Positions 45,721 through 55,981 of a stretch of 64,000 nt of DNA are shown in pieces. A model generated the notes under the pieces. It saw nothing but the letters and a program-made list of their open reading frames with translations. It did not search any database and had not been told where the DNA came from. The DNA is from a virus (Duplodnaviria > Caudoviricetes). The DNA is taken from the IMG/VR virus record IMGVR_UViG_3300027754_000037. One strand, 5' to 3'. Position numbers and translations under genes: made by a program. Every line of letters starts with the position of its first letter. Positions within the stretch are counted from its first letter, which is position 1.

Positions 45721-47066
45721 TAAAGAGTCCAATTCCTTATTTTTTCCATTTTTTCTATCTTATCATCTAATGTGATAGCATCCACAGCGTGGTGGAAAAG
45801 TATGGTTTTCCTGTATTCTTCTTGTTTCTCTCCAGCGTGAATCTGCCATTTTTGTGGAATCAATTCATAGTTAATCTTATGTTTTTCCTCACGGATGAGG
45901 GATTGGTCGAAAAACGGATATCTCGCAATCATTTCAGGCATTCTGCCATCATATTCCTCCAGAATCTCATTCCATCTCTTGTGGATCATCTCATAGAAAG
46001 CGATAACTATATCTGATTTAGATTTTTTATACATGAGGACACCGGCGTTGAGTAGAGGGGTGTCATTTTCGGAGTATTCGTGTGGGTAGTAGATATCACG
46101 ATCTTGTTCTTCCATGAAGCGTATCAATTTTTTCCATTCTTGTAGTCGATTGGGGAAGAATTGAACATCGCAATCGCTCCAGAAGATATATCGGTGGTGG
46201 GAATTACCTGATTGGACTGTCTTGAATACTTTGAGCATGTTTTCGAGTTTCATTTTGATGCAGTAGTTGTAGGTGTCGGATTTGAATTTGATTTCGGGTT
46301 TATATCCACGGGGAATTTGGTAGCTGATGTGCATGATGTTCTGTTTTTGCACACCTGCCTCTTGGAGGCTTGTTTTCCAGCTTTGTGTGAGTGTTCTGTA
46401 GTTGTCTGCTGCGCTTGATCCGAAGATGACTGAGTCCATTAAGAGTGGAATTCTTTTGATTTTGAGGTCTTTTCTATTGCTGAAGTAGAGCATGGCGACT
46501 CTTTCGTAGATGTATGCAGCGGTTCTGGAGGGGTCATCGACTTTGATTTTGAAGTCGTACCCATGTTTCTTGTGCATTTCTTGGAAGGTTTTTCTGAAGT
46601 TATTGACGAAGTCGATAAAGACTGTTTTGTGGCAGACGAAGTTGTTTGCCCAGAGTGTATCGTCGTTGGTGAGTGGTATTCCCATGATATTGGATAGGTC
46701 TTTCATGTAGGGTTCTATTGTTTGGTGGTAGGAGTATGTCCATTTGAGCCAATGGTTTTTGAAAAAGTCATGTGTTGGTGCTGCTGCTAGGACTGTGTCG
46801 GGTTTTAGGAGGTTCTTGATGGATTCTAGGTTTTCTAGTCCTATTAAGTCGTGGTATTTATCGTTGAAGTTATGGGTGAGAGTTCCGATATATTCTGGAC
46901 AATTGCTGAATGTTTCAGGGTCTTGGAGGTAGAACCTGTTTTCAGCTATGTCGTTGGTGTTTGGGACGGGTAGATTTAGCTTGGACAGGTCTGTTTTTTC
47001 TAGGAATTCTAAGTCTGGAATCTTTTTGAGTGAATCTTCGTTATGTCCCAAGATGAATATTTTCAT
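45717..47066 (-). CDS. Two-domain glycosyltransferase-like protein
   Basis: N-domain N.FVCHK..F..AY..ER; C-domain WSDCDVQF (DxD), LNAGV, DQ, HHA. Confidence 0.6.
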   Translation of the reverse strand: MKIFILGHNEDSLKKIPDLEFLEKTDLSKLNLPVPNTNDIAENRFYLQDPETFSNCPEYIGTLTHNFNDKYHDLIGLENLESIKNLLKPDTVLAAAPTHDFFKNHWLKWTYSYHQTIEPYMKDLSNIMGIPLTNDDTLWANNFVCHKTVFIDFVNNFRKTFQEMHKKHGYDFKIKVDDPSRTAAYIYERVAMLYFSNRKDLKIKRIPLLMDSVIFGSSAADNYRTLTQSWKTSLQEAGVQKQNIMHISYQIPRGYKPEIKFKSDTYNYCIKMKLENMLKVFKTVQSGNSHHRYIFWSDCDVQFFPNRLQEWKKLIRFMEEQDRDIYYPHEYSENDTPLLNAGVLMYKKSKSDIVIAFYEMIHKRWNEILEEYDGRMPEMIARYPFFDQSLIREEKHKINYELIPQKWQIHAGEKQEEYRKTILFHHAVDAITLDDKIEKMEKIRNWTLY

Positions 47067-47785
47067 AGGGTATAATTTTCGTCCTTGTATAGAAAGTCTA
47101 GGCAACCTGCGAGTTGCAATCCGGGTTTTCCTTGGAATTTTGGTGGTTTGGTGTTGAGATTTTCATGCCACCAGTCTGGGTTGAGGATGTGTTCCATATA
47201 TCCTTTGAGGCAGGCTTCGTGGGTGAAGATGCCGGGGCTTTGGATGTGGTTCCAGAGGTTTTTGATGATGAACTGTGCTGTATCGTGAAGGTCCACATCG
47301 ATGAATATGGTGTGGAATGGTTTGATGTTATTGGGGAGTGTTTTTTCGATTAGTCCAGAGATGATGATGCATTGTTTTTCTACTTTGAACCATTTGAGGT
47401 TTTCTTGAACTTTCTTTATGGAGCAAGAGTATTGGTTCTTGGTGAATTCTGCGATGGATTGGAGTTCTGGGTCGTAGGTTTCGTAGGAGGCTTCATGAGG
47501 AAGTCCTGTGAATGAGTCGAAGATATAGTATTTTTTTTCTGTGAGTTGTGCTACTTTTGCAAGTTTGGCGCTCATGCCACCCTCGAAGCAACCGAATTCC
47601 GCAATATCGCCGGGGATGTGGTGTGTTTTTAGGATATGGTGTGAGATGTAGAGAGCATCATAGACATAGTGGGCGCAGGGCAGGGTTTTTTGGACGGTGT
47701 GGAAATAGCCTGCTAGAGATGTCCTGATGTTTTTTTTATCTGGACCTTTTTCGGTTGCTAGGTTGATGAATTCATATTCTGTCAT
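47063..47785 (-). CDS. TylF/MycF-family SAM-dependent O-methyltransferase
   Basis: GDIAEFGCFEGG, FDSFTGLP, GLIEKTLP, IDVDL. Confidence 0.85.
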   Translation of the reverse strand: MTEYEFINLATEKGPDKKNIRTSLAGYFHTVQKTLPCAHYVYDALYISHHILKTHHIPGDIAEFGCFEGGMSAKLAKVAQLTEKKYYIFDSFTGLPHEASYETYDPELQSIAEFTKNQYSCSIKKVQENLKWFKVEKQCIIISGLIEKTLPNNIKPFHTIFIDVDLHDTAQFIIKNLWNHIQSPGIFTHEACLKGYMEHILNPDWWHENLNTKPPKFQGKPGLQLAGCLDFLYKDENYTL

Positions 47786-47827
47786 TTTGATCCCCGAGAG
47801 TTATAGATAGTTTATTCAGGGGGAAAT

Positions 47828-48166
47828 ATGAAAAAGATCGACATTAATTACATACGGTATTTGAGTGGTGTGATCAGCGAGGCTGCTTACATGGGGGATG
47901 GTTTAGCAGCGCCAGCGGAGAAGTTTAACCTGACGAATCCTATGGTTGGCGGGATGAAGGTTGATCCCAAGAAGATGCACATGGATTTCCACAATTGGCT
48001 TCAGGTGCAGGACAAGAACGACTATGATCTTGCGCAACTGTTTGATGGGTTAGCTCACACGAAGATCATGGAAAAGTTTCTGGGCGAGTACAAGGTTCCT
48101 GAGAATTGGGCTGGTGGGCAATTCAAGGCTACGAAGGGAATGGGGAAGCAGCAGTATATTTCGTGA
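47828..48166 (+). CDS. Hypothetical protein with YIRYLSGVISE N-terminal motif
   Basis: Motif shared with 55899 and 55982. Confidence 0.55.
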   Translation: MKKIDINYIRYLSGVISEAAYMGDGLAAPAEKFNLTNPMVGGMKVDPKKMHMDFHNWLQVQDKNDYDLAQLFDGLAHTKIMEKFLGEYKVPENWAGGQFKATKGMGKQQYIS

Positions 48167-48239
48167 TTAATGTAGAAAAAAATTTATTAGCGTATACCGC
48201 TAGAGAGTGTTTGAGTTTGGATTCTTTGAGAAAATAAAT

Positions 48240-49142
48240 ATGGAAAAATCAGCATTAAATTTCCGTGAATTCATGCGTTTAGACGAGATCATGGACATTG
48301 CGTCTGCTGACACGAGTGGAATTGTTTTGCAGCGCAGCGGAAACAGTTACATATACGATTTTGAACATAATGGAGAGAGTTACAAGGTTGAAATGGAGAA
48401 TTCGGACTATCCATATGAAGACATGAAGGAATTCAACCCAACTTATGTCATTGCTTTTGAAGGTCCGAATGACATGGATTTGACTGGTACTGCTGGAATG
48501 TCAGCGACTATTATTTATCGTGCCATGTTATTGGCAATCAAGAAGCTTTTAGAGACTACTGAGGTCAACTCTTTGGAATTTGCACCTGCTGCTCCAAGGA
48601 TGTTGCCGATGTACGACATATTTTACAGAAAGTACCTGCTGCCCGACCCTCCTAGAGGGCAAGGTTTTGTGCGTGTGAGGCAGACCCTTTATGTCAGGAG
48701 TTCGCATCTTGATGACAAGATGAATCAAAAAGCAACTGGAGACCAAGAAGTTTTCCGGCAAAATATGGCAAGTGCAGATAAAAAGGTAAGGGCTAGAATT
48801 GATGATATGGATGACATCAGAAAGAAAAAGAGATTTATAGACAAGATTAACAATCCTGTAGATTCTGGGTTCTATTATTGGATAACTTTAAAAATCGGTA
48901 CTCCTAATTTACAAGGTGATAAATCCAATCATCCTGTATTGATTGCTGTGAACCACAACAAGACAGACCGCTGGGCTTATGATGACAGCATCAGGCAACA
49001 AGGAATTTATTTGCGTGATAATAACGGGAAATTCATCGCAATCATGATTAATCGACCCATGAGTCTTGCTTGGATTAAGGACTTCGTGCGTCCTGCGACA
49101 GAAGAGGAAATTCGTAGTGTGAAAGCGATGCCAAGATCCTAG
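48240..49142 (+). CDS. Paralog family A protein
   Basis: LNFREFMRLDE; FEGP..TGTAG.SA.IIY..YD.FY. Confidence 0.6.
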   Translation: MEKSALNFREFMRLDEIMDIASADTSGIVLQRSGNSYIYDFEHNGESYKVEMENSDYPYEDMKEFNPTYVIAFEGPNDMDLTGTAGMSATIIYRAMLLAIKKLLETTEVNSLEFAPAAPRMLPMYDIFYRKYLLPDPPRGQGFVRVRQTLYVRSSHLDDKMNQKATGDQEVFRQNMASADKKVRARIDDMDDIRKKKRFIDKINNPVDSGFYYWITLKIGTPNLQGDKSNHPVLIAVNHNKTDRWAYDDSIRQQGIYLRDNNGKFIAIMINRPMSLAWIKDFVRPATEEEIRSVKAMPRS

Positions 49143-49200
49143 TTATTTCTTAAAAAGTAGCAGCGACCAGAAATCGCTGCTACTTTAATTTAATTTCAAA

Positions 49201-49449
49201 TTAGGCAACAAACTTCATGGGACAAAGCTTGCAATCCATCTTCTTCATCTTGCCAAACTCCTCCATGTTGTCAGCAACCTTTTTGCCACAAGAGAGACAC
49301 ATCACGGCATCGCCATGAGGAACCCATCCTTTAGCGATCTGAGCTTTAATCTGGTCGTCTGTAATCGTGTCAGGCTTCGCCTTAGCGACAGTTGCCAACT
49401 CGTCACGAATCAATTCCTTGTGCTTTGTAAAAATTTCTTCAGCGTTCAT
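49201..49449 (-). CDS. Small zinc-ribbon protein
   Basis: CLSC..CKLC; SD GGAGG. Confidence 0.55.
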   Translation of the reverse strand: MNAEEIFTKHKELIRDELATVAKAKPDTITDDQIKAQIAKGWVPHGDAVMCLSCGKKVADNMEEFGKMKKMDCKLCPMKFVA

Positions 49450-49491
49450 TTTACCTCCATAGGGTGCTTTTTTATTGTTTAAGGGATATTA

Positions 49492-51630
49492 TTAGAACAG
49501 CCTTTGGTTGCAGACTGTGATGGCGGGCACATAAGCGCCGTTTACAGCCGAGCAGATGCCCAGAGACTGTTGGATATTGGAGCATTGGTTATAGAAGAAC
49601 TTAGTCTTGGCGCATGTGCAGGAGTTTGTGCCAATTTTGCAAACCTTTCCAACGCTTGTTCCGCAACCCTTGTTGGAGCAGCTTTTGATGACTTCTGGGC
49701 TTACGAAGCTCTTGACGAAAGAGTTGGCAATCAGCTTCATGTAGGTTTCGGTGACTTCGGCCTCATTTTCTTTGGCGAAGACTAGAACATACAGTTCTTT
49801 TCTACCGCTGAGTCCTGTCAGAACATGAGTATCGCCATAACCGTCATCATCAACAGGATCTGGAACATTTTGGGTGATTCCAGCTTCGATGCCGTCAACG
49901 ATGATGAGTTGATTGACTGTGGGATCGCCACCTGCGGAGCTAGACTTGTAGAAAGCTGCGAATTCAAAGCCATTGACCTTAAATTCAAAGCTTCCTATCA
50001 AGCATTCTCCATTGCCATCCTGCTCGGTGCCGCCGTAGATGTTGAATTCATTAATTGTCATGTTGTTTGCTGCGAGGACAAACAGTCCGGGGAACATGTT
50101 GGTGAAGTAGCGACTGCCGTTACCGAAGTAGTCGTTGGCGTTTTTGATTCTACCATCGCTGGGCATATAGTAGTAGTTGTACTTGTCGCTAGCATAATCA
50201 TAGTACATGTAGCCAACGCTCGAATCGTCACACACGATTACATTGCTGTGAGTAAAAGGAATGCAATTTTCTTCATCCAAGCTGCCGCCATTAATTGTTG
50301 CATAAGTTTGAGTATAGTTGGTGTTGAAGTACATTCCAGAATCCCAGACATTACAGCCGTCAGCTACACCGACACGGTAGAAATTGTAGCGTATGGGTTG
50401 ACCAATCAGTCCACCGTTTGCGGTCAGTTTCATGCAACCATAAGAAATACTGTTGTTGCCGAAGTTGAAGTCGGTGGTGAGGACCTTACCACCATATTGG
50501 GTGAAGTATCCAGCCACAAAGACTGTGTCGTCAGACTTTACAGTCAGGGCCATAACACCGTCATTTGCTCCGATGTTTGATCCGAAGCTAACATCACGGC
50601 TTCCATCGCTATTCAGACGGACAAGTCTATTGCAGAGCTTTCCGTCCAGCGTGACGAAAAAACCACCGACAAGAATCTTGCCTGATGATTGCAGCGCAAC
50701 TGCTTGTACTCCCGCCCACCAGTCGCCATCAAATCCAGTTGTACCAAGGTTAAATGTTGCATCAAAGGTTCCATCATCTTCAAGTCTGCAAAGGCCGTTA
50801 TCGATATTTATAGTTTTGTAGGTACTCCATTCGCCACCAACAACTACTTTGCCGTCTTTTTGGATGGCGATACTGTAGACATCATTATCAAAGCCCGCTC
50901 CAACTGAGAAGCCGCCATCTTCTGTGCCGTTTGCATTTATTTTACAGATTCTGTTAGTAAAACTTCCACCAATAAAATACTCACCATCAGATGTTGGTGT
51001 GATGCACCATACACTATCGTAACCTACGGCATCTACATTGTCGGCAAAGCCTTCATCAAGAACTCCCAATCCATCTAATTTTGCAAGACCGGGGCTGCTA
51101 TATCCATCAAACTCGGCAAACTCACCTCCGACGATCACGGAGTCATCTATATCAACCGTAAGGGCATGGACATAATCATCGAAGCCACCGTTGTCGAAAT
51201 CTGTGTCATGGGTTCCATTTGTGGTCAGTCTAGCGATGTAATAAACAGATGTGGAATTAAGGTCTACAAAATTACCGCCAACGATTACTTTTCCCGAGGA
51301 CTGTAGGGCTAGAGCATAGATGGTGCCGTAGAATTTTGCAGATGTGTTGAAAGTGGTATCTGCGGTTCCATCAGCGTTGAATCTTTTGACTACTGAGTAA
51401 TTATCTTCTTCGCCGCCGTCGAAGAGACCTGAGTCACCAGCAACAAGGACCTTGCCATCGCTTTGAACTGTGATGCAGGTTGCGAATCCGATGTAGTCGA
51501 AATCAACTACAGTTCCCGGCATTTCAAAGTAATCGGGTTCATCTGTGAAATTGAAGCGACTGGACACTAAGCCTGCCACCTGCACACTTGAGGCGCTGGC
51601 TCCCAAGACAACTTGTTCTAACTGAGTCAT
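49492..51630 (-). CDS. Delta-60 repeat (DUF5122) beta-propeller protein, probably virion surface
   Basis: About 7 repeats Q.DGK(I/V)(L/V)VGG.F..RLN.DG..D..F; SD AGGAG; TATAAATA upstream. Confidence 0.8.
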   Translation of the reverse strand: MTQLEQVVLGASASSVQVAGLVSSRFNFTDEPDYFEMPGTVVDFDYIGFATCITVQSDGKVLVAGDSGLFDGGEEDNYSVVKRFNADGTADTTFNTSAKFYGTIYALALQSSGKVIVGGNFVDLNSTSVYYIARLTTNGTHDTDFDNGGFDDYVHALTVDIDDSVIVGGEFAEFDGYSSPGLAKLDGLGVLDEGFADNVDAVGYDSVWCITPTSDGEYFIGGSFTNRICKINANGTEDGGFSVGAGFDNDVYSIAIQKDGKVVVGGEWSTYKTINIDNGLCRLEDDGTFDATFNLGTTGFDGDWWAGVQAVALQSSGKILVGGFFVTLDGKLCNRLVRLNSDGSRDVSFGSNIGANDGVMALTVKSDDTVFVAGYFTQYGGKVLTTDFNFGNNSISYGCMKLTANGGLIGQPIRYNFYRVGVADGCNVWDSGMYFNTNYTQTYATINGGSLDEENCIPFTHSNVIVCDDSSVGYMYYDYASDKYNYYYMPSDGRIKNANDYFGNGSRYFTNMFPGLFVLAANNMTINEFNIYGGTEQDGNGECLIGSFEFKVNGFEFAAFYKSSSAGGDPTVNQLIIVDGIEAGITQNVPDPVDDDGYGDTHVLTGLSGRKELYVLVFAKENEAEVTETYMKLIANSFVKSFVSPEVIKSCSNKGCGTSVGKVCKIGTNSCTCAKTKFFYNQCSNIQQSLGICSAVNGAYVPAITVCNQRLF

Positions 51631-51653
51631 GATTTTCTCCTTTACGGTTGTAT

Positions 51654-51661
51654 TATTTATA
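51654..51661 (-). promoter_or_regulatory. T4-type late promoter motif TATAAATA
   Basis: Exact match 24 bp before the delta-60 gene start. Confidence 0.55.
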
Positions 51662-51939
51662 CAAACTAGATACAAAAAGATATTTATATGGCAATAATTT
51701 TTAAATGGCAGACTGAACTATTTATGATTCATGCTTTTTCATTTGACACAAAAATTTTTCATGTTAGTCTATCTCTCGAAGGATGTGCGAAATGAAAATC
51801 ACCAAAAGCCAGAAATTTAACGCCGTGTTATTTATTGTTTGGGTTGTATTTGTTTTATTTCTGACTCACAAGATGCGTGGACTCATGGAAGAAAACACCA
51901 GATTGCAGATTATATACAGTAAATACAAATAAGGAAGCC

Positions 51940-52632
51940 ATGAATTTCAGGGAATTTTTAGAAACTGAAGAGATGTTGGGTGAGTTTACAGACCCGAGGG
52001 CTGAGGACATCAGCCAGATTGAGTTTGAGCCTGTAGCACCTGAATTTAAAAAAACCAAAAATCCTATGTTTTCTTATAAGTTTGAATTTGGTGGTAACAA
52101 ATTTTCGGTTATTTTTGAGGAAAGAAAGTTAGACTCCTACATGATGAAGCCATTTGAGATTGTAGGTTATGCCATTTCATTTTATGGACCCCAACAAACA
52201 AAATCCACAGGCATGGCTGGATCTAGTGCAGGAATGATTTATAAAAAATTGATGTTGGCAGTAAGAAAATGGCTTGAAACCCACAGGGTTGATTATCTAT
52301 CTTTCCGTGGAGAGGAGTCCAAGATGGACCTTGTCTATGATTCTTTTTACACGAGGTTTTTGCAACAAGATTTCATCAGAACATCAGCTAACACCTACAT
52401 GAAGAAGTCAGTTTTGCAGGAATTTTTGCAAAAGCATCCTAGTGCCAACCAGACGATTCAAAAGAACATTAAATATACTGAAAAAGAACAAGAGATTTAT
52501 CTGGCAAGCGTGCGTGAGAAGGCTGCTAGGGATCGCAAACTTGCTAGAAAGCCGAAAGATGTAAGTTCATTCGGTCAAAAAGTGACTGGTTTGCTACCAT
52601 CATTTGGTAGGGCAACACCTGAACCCGTTTAA
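51940..52632 (+). CDS. Paralog family A protein
   Basis: MNFREFLETEE; FYGP..TGMAG.SAG.IY..YD.FY. Confidence 0.6.
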   Translation: MNFREFLETEEMLGEFTDPRAEDISQIEFEPVAPEFKKTKNPMFSYKFEFGGNKFSVIFEERKLDSYMMKPFEIVGYAISFYGPQQTKSTGMAGSSAGMIYKKLMLAVRKWLETHRVDYLSFRGEESKMDLVYDSFYTRFLQQDFIRTSANTYMKKSVLQEFLQKHPSANQTIQKNIKYTEKEQEIYLASVREKAARDRKLARKPKDVSSFGQKVTGLLPSFGRATPEPV

Positions 52633-52644
52633 CTATATTAACCT

Positions 52645-53739
52645 ATGCATTATCTCATCGTTGGCACAGGTTTTTATGGCAGCGTTATTGCCCGTCAACT
52701 TGCAGAGCAAGGTGACAAAGTCACGATCATAGACAAAAGAAACCACATCGGTGGCAACTGTTACACCGAAGTGATTGATGGCATACCGGTCCACAAGTAT
52801 GGACCTCATGCTTTTCACACCAATTCTGAGCGTGTCTGGGAATTTTGCAACAAGTTTGTTGAATTCAATGGATTTCGCTTGCAGGTCAAAGTTGACTACA
52901 AGGGCAAGATATATTCTTTTCCTGTAAACATGATGACTTTGAGTCAACTTTACGGTATCACTCGTCCTTCAGAGGCGAAAAAGGCACTTGCTTCATCAAG
53001 AGTGAAGGTGAGGAATGTAAAAACATTTGAAGATCATTGTTTAAACACAATAGGGCGAGAGCTTTACGAGATTTTCTTTTATGGTTACACTCACAAGCAA
53101 TGGAACATGCATCCTAATCTCTTGGGAGCATCGGTAGCCAAGCGTATTCCTGTGCGATTGGAGTACAATGATTATTATTTTACGGACAAGTATCAAGGAA
53201 TTCCAATTGGAGGTTATACTCGGCTTTTTGAGAACATGCTTGATCATAAGAACATCAAGGTTTTGTTGGATGTTGATTTTTTTGAAAATCGTAAGGACTT
53301 TGAGCGCAAGTTCAAGAAAATAATTTACAGCGGAAAGATTGACGAGCTTTTGGAATACAAGCATGGAATGTTGGCTTACAGAAGTTTGAAATTTGATTTC
53401 AAAAAAGTTAGTGGTACTTATCAGGGCAATTCGATCATTAATTATACGGAATACAAAGTTCCTCATACTAGAATCGTGGAGCACAAATACTTTAGTGGGA
53501 TTGAAAACGGTAAGTCTGTGATTTCTATTGAGTATCCAGATGATTACTCCTTGGGCAAGACACCGTTTTATCCTATTCCGGCAGAGGAGAATCAAAAGTT
53601 ATATCAGAAGTACAGGGATGAGATTTTGGGGCAGGACAAGTATTTGATTGGTGGCAGGTTGGGTCGATACCAATATTTGAATATGGATCAAGTAATTGGG
53701 ATGGCTTTGATTGATTTTGATTCAAAATTGGCTAAATAA
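52645..53739 (+). CDS. glf: UDP-galactopyranose mutase
   Basis: IVGTGFYG, RNHIGGNCY, HKYGPHAFHT, YQGIP..GYT, PFYP, GRLGRYQYLNMDQ. Confidence 0.95.
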   Translation: MHYLIVGTGFYGSVIARQLAEQGDKVTIIDKRNHIGGNCYTEVIDGIPVHKYGPHAFHTNSERVWEFCNKFVEFNGFRLQVKVDYKGKIYSFPVNMMTLSQLYGITRPSEAKKALASSRVKVRNVKTFEDHCLNTIGRELYEIFFYGYTHKQWNMHPNLLGASVAKRIPVRLEYNDYYFTDKYQGIPIGGYTRLFENMLDHKNIKVLLDVDFFENRKDFERKFKKIIYSGKIDELLEYKHGMLAYRSLKFDFKKVSGTYQGNSIINYTEYKVPHTRIVEHKYFSGIENGKSVISIEYPDDYSLGKTPFYPIPAEENQKLYQKYRDEILGQDKYLIGGRLGRYQYLNMDQVIGMALIDFDSKLAK

Positions 53740-53742
53740 TGC

Positions 53743-54354
53743 ATGATTACATTTCAAGAATATATGCAAATTGTCGAATTCACCGATCCATCACAAGCTG
53801 ACATAAGTGATATTAATCTTATCAAGCAAGAATGGGGATATTATTACGATTGGATTTACAACAACAACAAATACAGCGTTGGTCTTGAAAAAATACAAGA
53901 CCCCAACCCGTCTTGGCTAGGATTACCGGATGGAAGCGAGATTGAAGCGAATGGTTATATTGTGGAATTTGTGGGTCCCAAGGGAACAAGACCTACTGAT
54001 TTATCTGGAGGTACAAGTCTTGTAATTTATAAGCAAATGATGTTGGTAATTAGAAAGCTTATTGAAACCGAACATGTTGATTACTTGGCTTTTTCGGGCC
54101 AGACTGGAAAGATGGATCGACTTTATGACAGGTTTGTAAAGACATTTCTTGGAGATCGATATACTTGGTATAATTATCAAATTTTGATGAATAATACATT
54201 CCTTGATCAGATAGCGCTTAAGCATCCTTCTAGTGCAAACTCGGTTGCAGAAAAGTTGTCACAAACAAAAAAAATAAGGCAACAAAATTTGATGTTTCAA
54301 AAACAACAAGACGACAAATCAAGAATCCAAAAAAGAACTAGTTTTGCCGTATAG
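53743..54354 (+). CDS. Paralog family A protein
   Basis: MITFQEY..VEFTDP; FVGP..T..SGG..IY..YDRF. Confidence 0.6.
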   Translation: MITFQEYMQIVEFTDPSQADISDINLIKQEWGYYYDWIYNNNKYSVGLEKIQDPNPSWLGLPDGSEIEANGYIVEFVGPKGTRPTDLSGGTSLVIYKQMMLVIRKLIETEHVDYLAFSGQTGKMDRLYDRFVKTFLGDRYTWYNYQILMNNTFLDQIALKHPSSANSVAEKLSQTKKIRQQNLMFQKQQDDKSRIQKRTSFAV

Positions 54355-54364
54355 AAGAAACCAA

Positions 54365-55630
54365 CTATTTAGCAAATCTTTCAGCAGCTTTCATGCTTGC
54401 TGCTGTTTGAGCAGTACCTTGTTGAGCTTGTTTCAAATATCTGTCTATCTCTGGGTCAGGATTGCTCCAAACGCCACTTGTGTCTGGTGGTTTTGGTTCT
54501 GTAAATCTTTTCAGGCGTTCCCAATTAGGTGAATCTGGGACATCTTTACTTGCAAATTGCTTGATAAGATTTTTGATAGTATCTGGGTCTACCTCATCGC
54601 CTTTGGCTGCTCGAGCTTGAGCAAGTTTATATTGTAGTTTTTCATAGGGGCTCATGGCAGCGTATTTGGCTTCTGCATTATAACCCTCAATGTCTTTCAA
54701 CAAATCATCAGTACCGCTTGGAGGTTGTGGAGCACGCATCCTAGCCCTAAAAGATTCCATGTCTTTGTTGATTAGCGTGGAACCACTATGCTTCATCTGG
54801 TCGGCAGTAGTTGTGTTGTCACCAAATTCACCACCGGATGCATTTCCACCCTCGAAGTCACCAGATCCTGCTTCAGGTTGAATCTGTTGTTGAACATGTG
54901 ACAAATCGTTGCTGGTTGGTAGTAGACCTTTGATTTTGTCTCCGACTTCGTTGACTAAATCCTTGGAAATCTTGCCAACGATTCCACCAGTAGCTGCTGC
55001 CAGTCCGATGGTGAGGGCGATTTTGGTTATTTCACGGGGATTTTGCGTGATATAATTTTTTAACTCCTTCATTCTGCTGGCAACTGTCTTGTAAACATTC
55101 TTGACAAGCGAGGACACAGCGCCGCCTATGGCACCAATTCCATAGCCTGTTTTTTTAGCAAGATATTCACCCCAACCTTCTTTCTCTTCTTCGGTCATCA
55201 ACCATTCACGGAAAGAGAATGATTCAGGCTGTAGTTCTGGTTTTTGCTTGCCAGCCACGGCATCAAAAGCCTTGTCAACTCCGTAGCCTACAACAGCAGA
55301 AAGTCCTTTGGTGTAATATTTTCTGGCAAAATACATGAGGGCAGACATGGGGATTGCTGCTGCTCCACCTGTGAGTCCCGCTGCTGTCAAGGTGATTGCC
55401 AGAATGGGGGAAATTCCTGTTTTATCTTGCATGAATTGTGCAAAATCTTTGCTTTTATTCAAAGCTTGTTTCGCAAGGTCGGCATATTTTGCGTATACTG
55501 CATCTTCTTTATCGGTTTGAGTGCTATAACCAGACTTTACTCCTCCTACAAAACTTTGATAGACGGACTCTTCAAATTTAAGAAAAGTCTCATCAGCAGG
55601 ATGCATTTTTTCAAAAGAATAAGAAATCAT
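54365..55630 (-). CDS. Hypothetical protein with Gly/Ala-rich hydrophobic segments and internal ESFSFREWL motif
   Basis: Long ORF; amphipathic helices. Confidence 0.55.
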   Translation of the reverse strand: MISYSFEKMHPADETFLKFEESVYQSFVGGVKSGYSTQTDKEDAVYAKYADLAKQALNKSKDFAQFMQDKTGISPILAITLTAAGLTGGAAAIPMSALMYFARKYYTKGLSAVVGYGVDKAFDAVAGKQKPELQPESFSFREWLMTEEEKEGWGEYLAKKTGYGIGAIGGAVSSLVKNVYKTVASRMKELKNYITQNPREITKIALTIGLAAATGGIVGKISKDLVNEVGDKIKGLLPTSNDLSHVQQQIQPEAGSGDFEGGNASGGEFGDNTTTADQMKHSGSTLINKDMESFRARMRAPQPPSGTDDLLKDIEGYNAEAKYAAMSPYEKLQYKLAQARAAKGDEVDPDTIKNLIKQFASKDVPDSPNWERLKRFTEPKPPDTSGVWSNPDPEIDRYLKQAQQGTAQTAASMKAAERFAK

Positions 55631-55635
55631 AATAG

Positions 55636-55899
55636 TTATTTCTTTTTTCCCATGATCCAATTGTAGACTTCCTCGACATCATCACGGCTGGTGGAGATGT
55701 GATCGTTGGCCCAATCGTGGCCATCTGCAAGCATCTTGTCGATCTTGTGAGGGTCCATAGCCAAGAGTTTTTCGACTCTGTCTTTGATGTTTTTCAGGTT
55801 ATTGAAAAACATGTAGTGTTTAATTTCGTCTTCGGCTTCTGCGTAGAGTTGTTGCTCATTAAGAACGCCGGAAAGAAACAGAAAATACTTGTGGTCCAT
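55636..55899 (-). CDS. Conserved phage hypothetical protein
   Basis: HYMFFNNLK..DGHDWA.DHI..S.DDVEEV; N-terminal YFLFLSGVLNE. Confidence 0.65.
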   Translation of the reverse strand: MDHKYFLFLSGVLNEQQLYAEAEDEIKHYMFFNNLKNIKDRVEKLLAMDPHKIDKMLADGHDWANDHISTSRDDVEEVYNWIMGKKK

Positions 55900-55981
55900 G
55901 TTAAATCCTCACTATAATTATTATTTATGTATAAAAATTACATAAATTAAGATAAATAAAGAAAGTCTTGGAGAATAAAAT

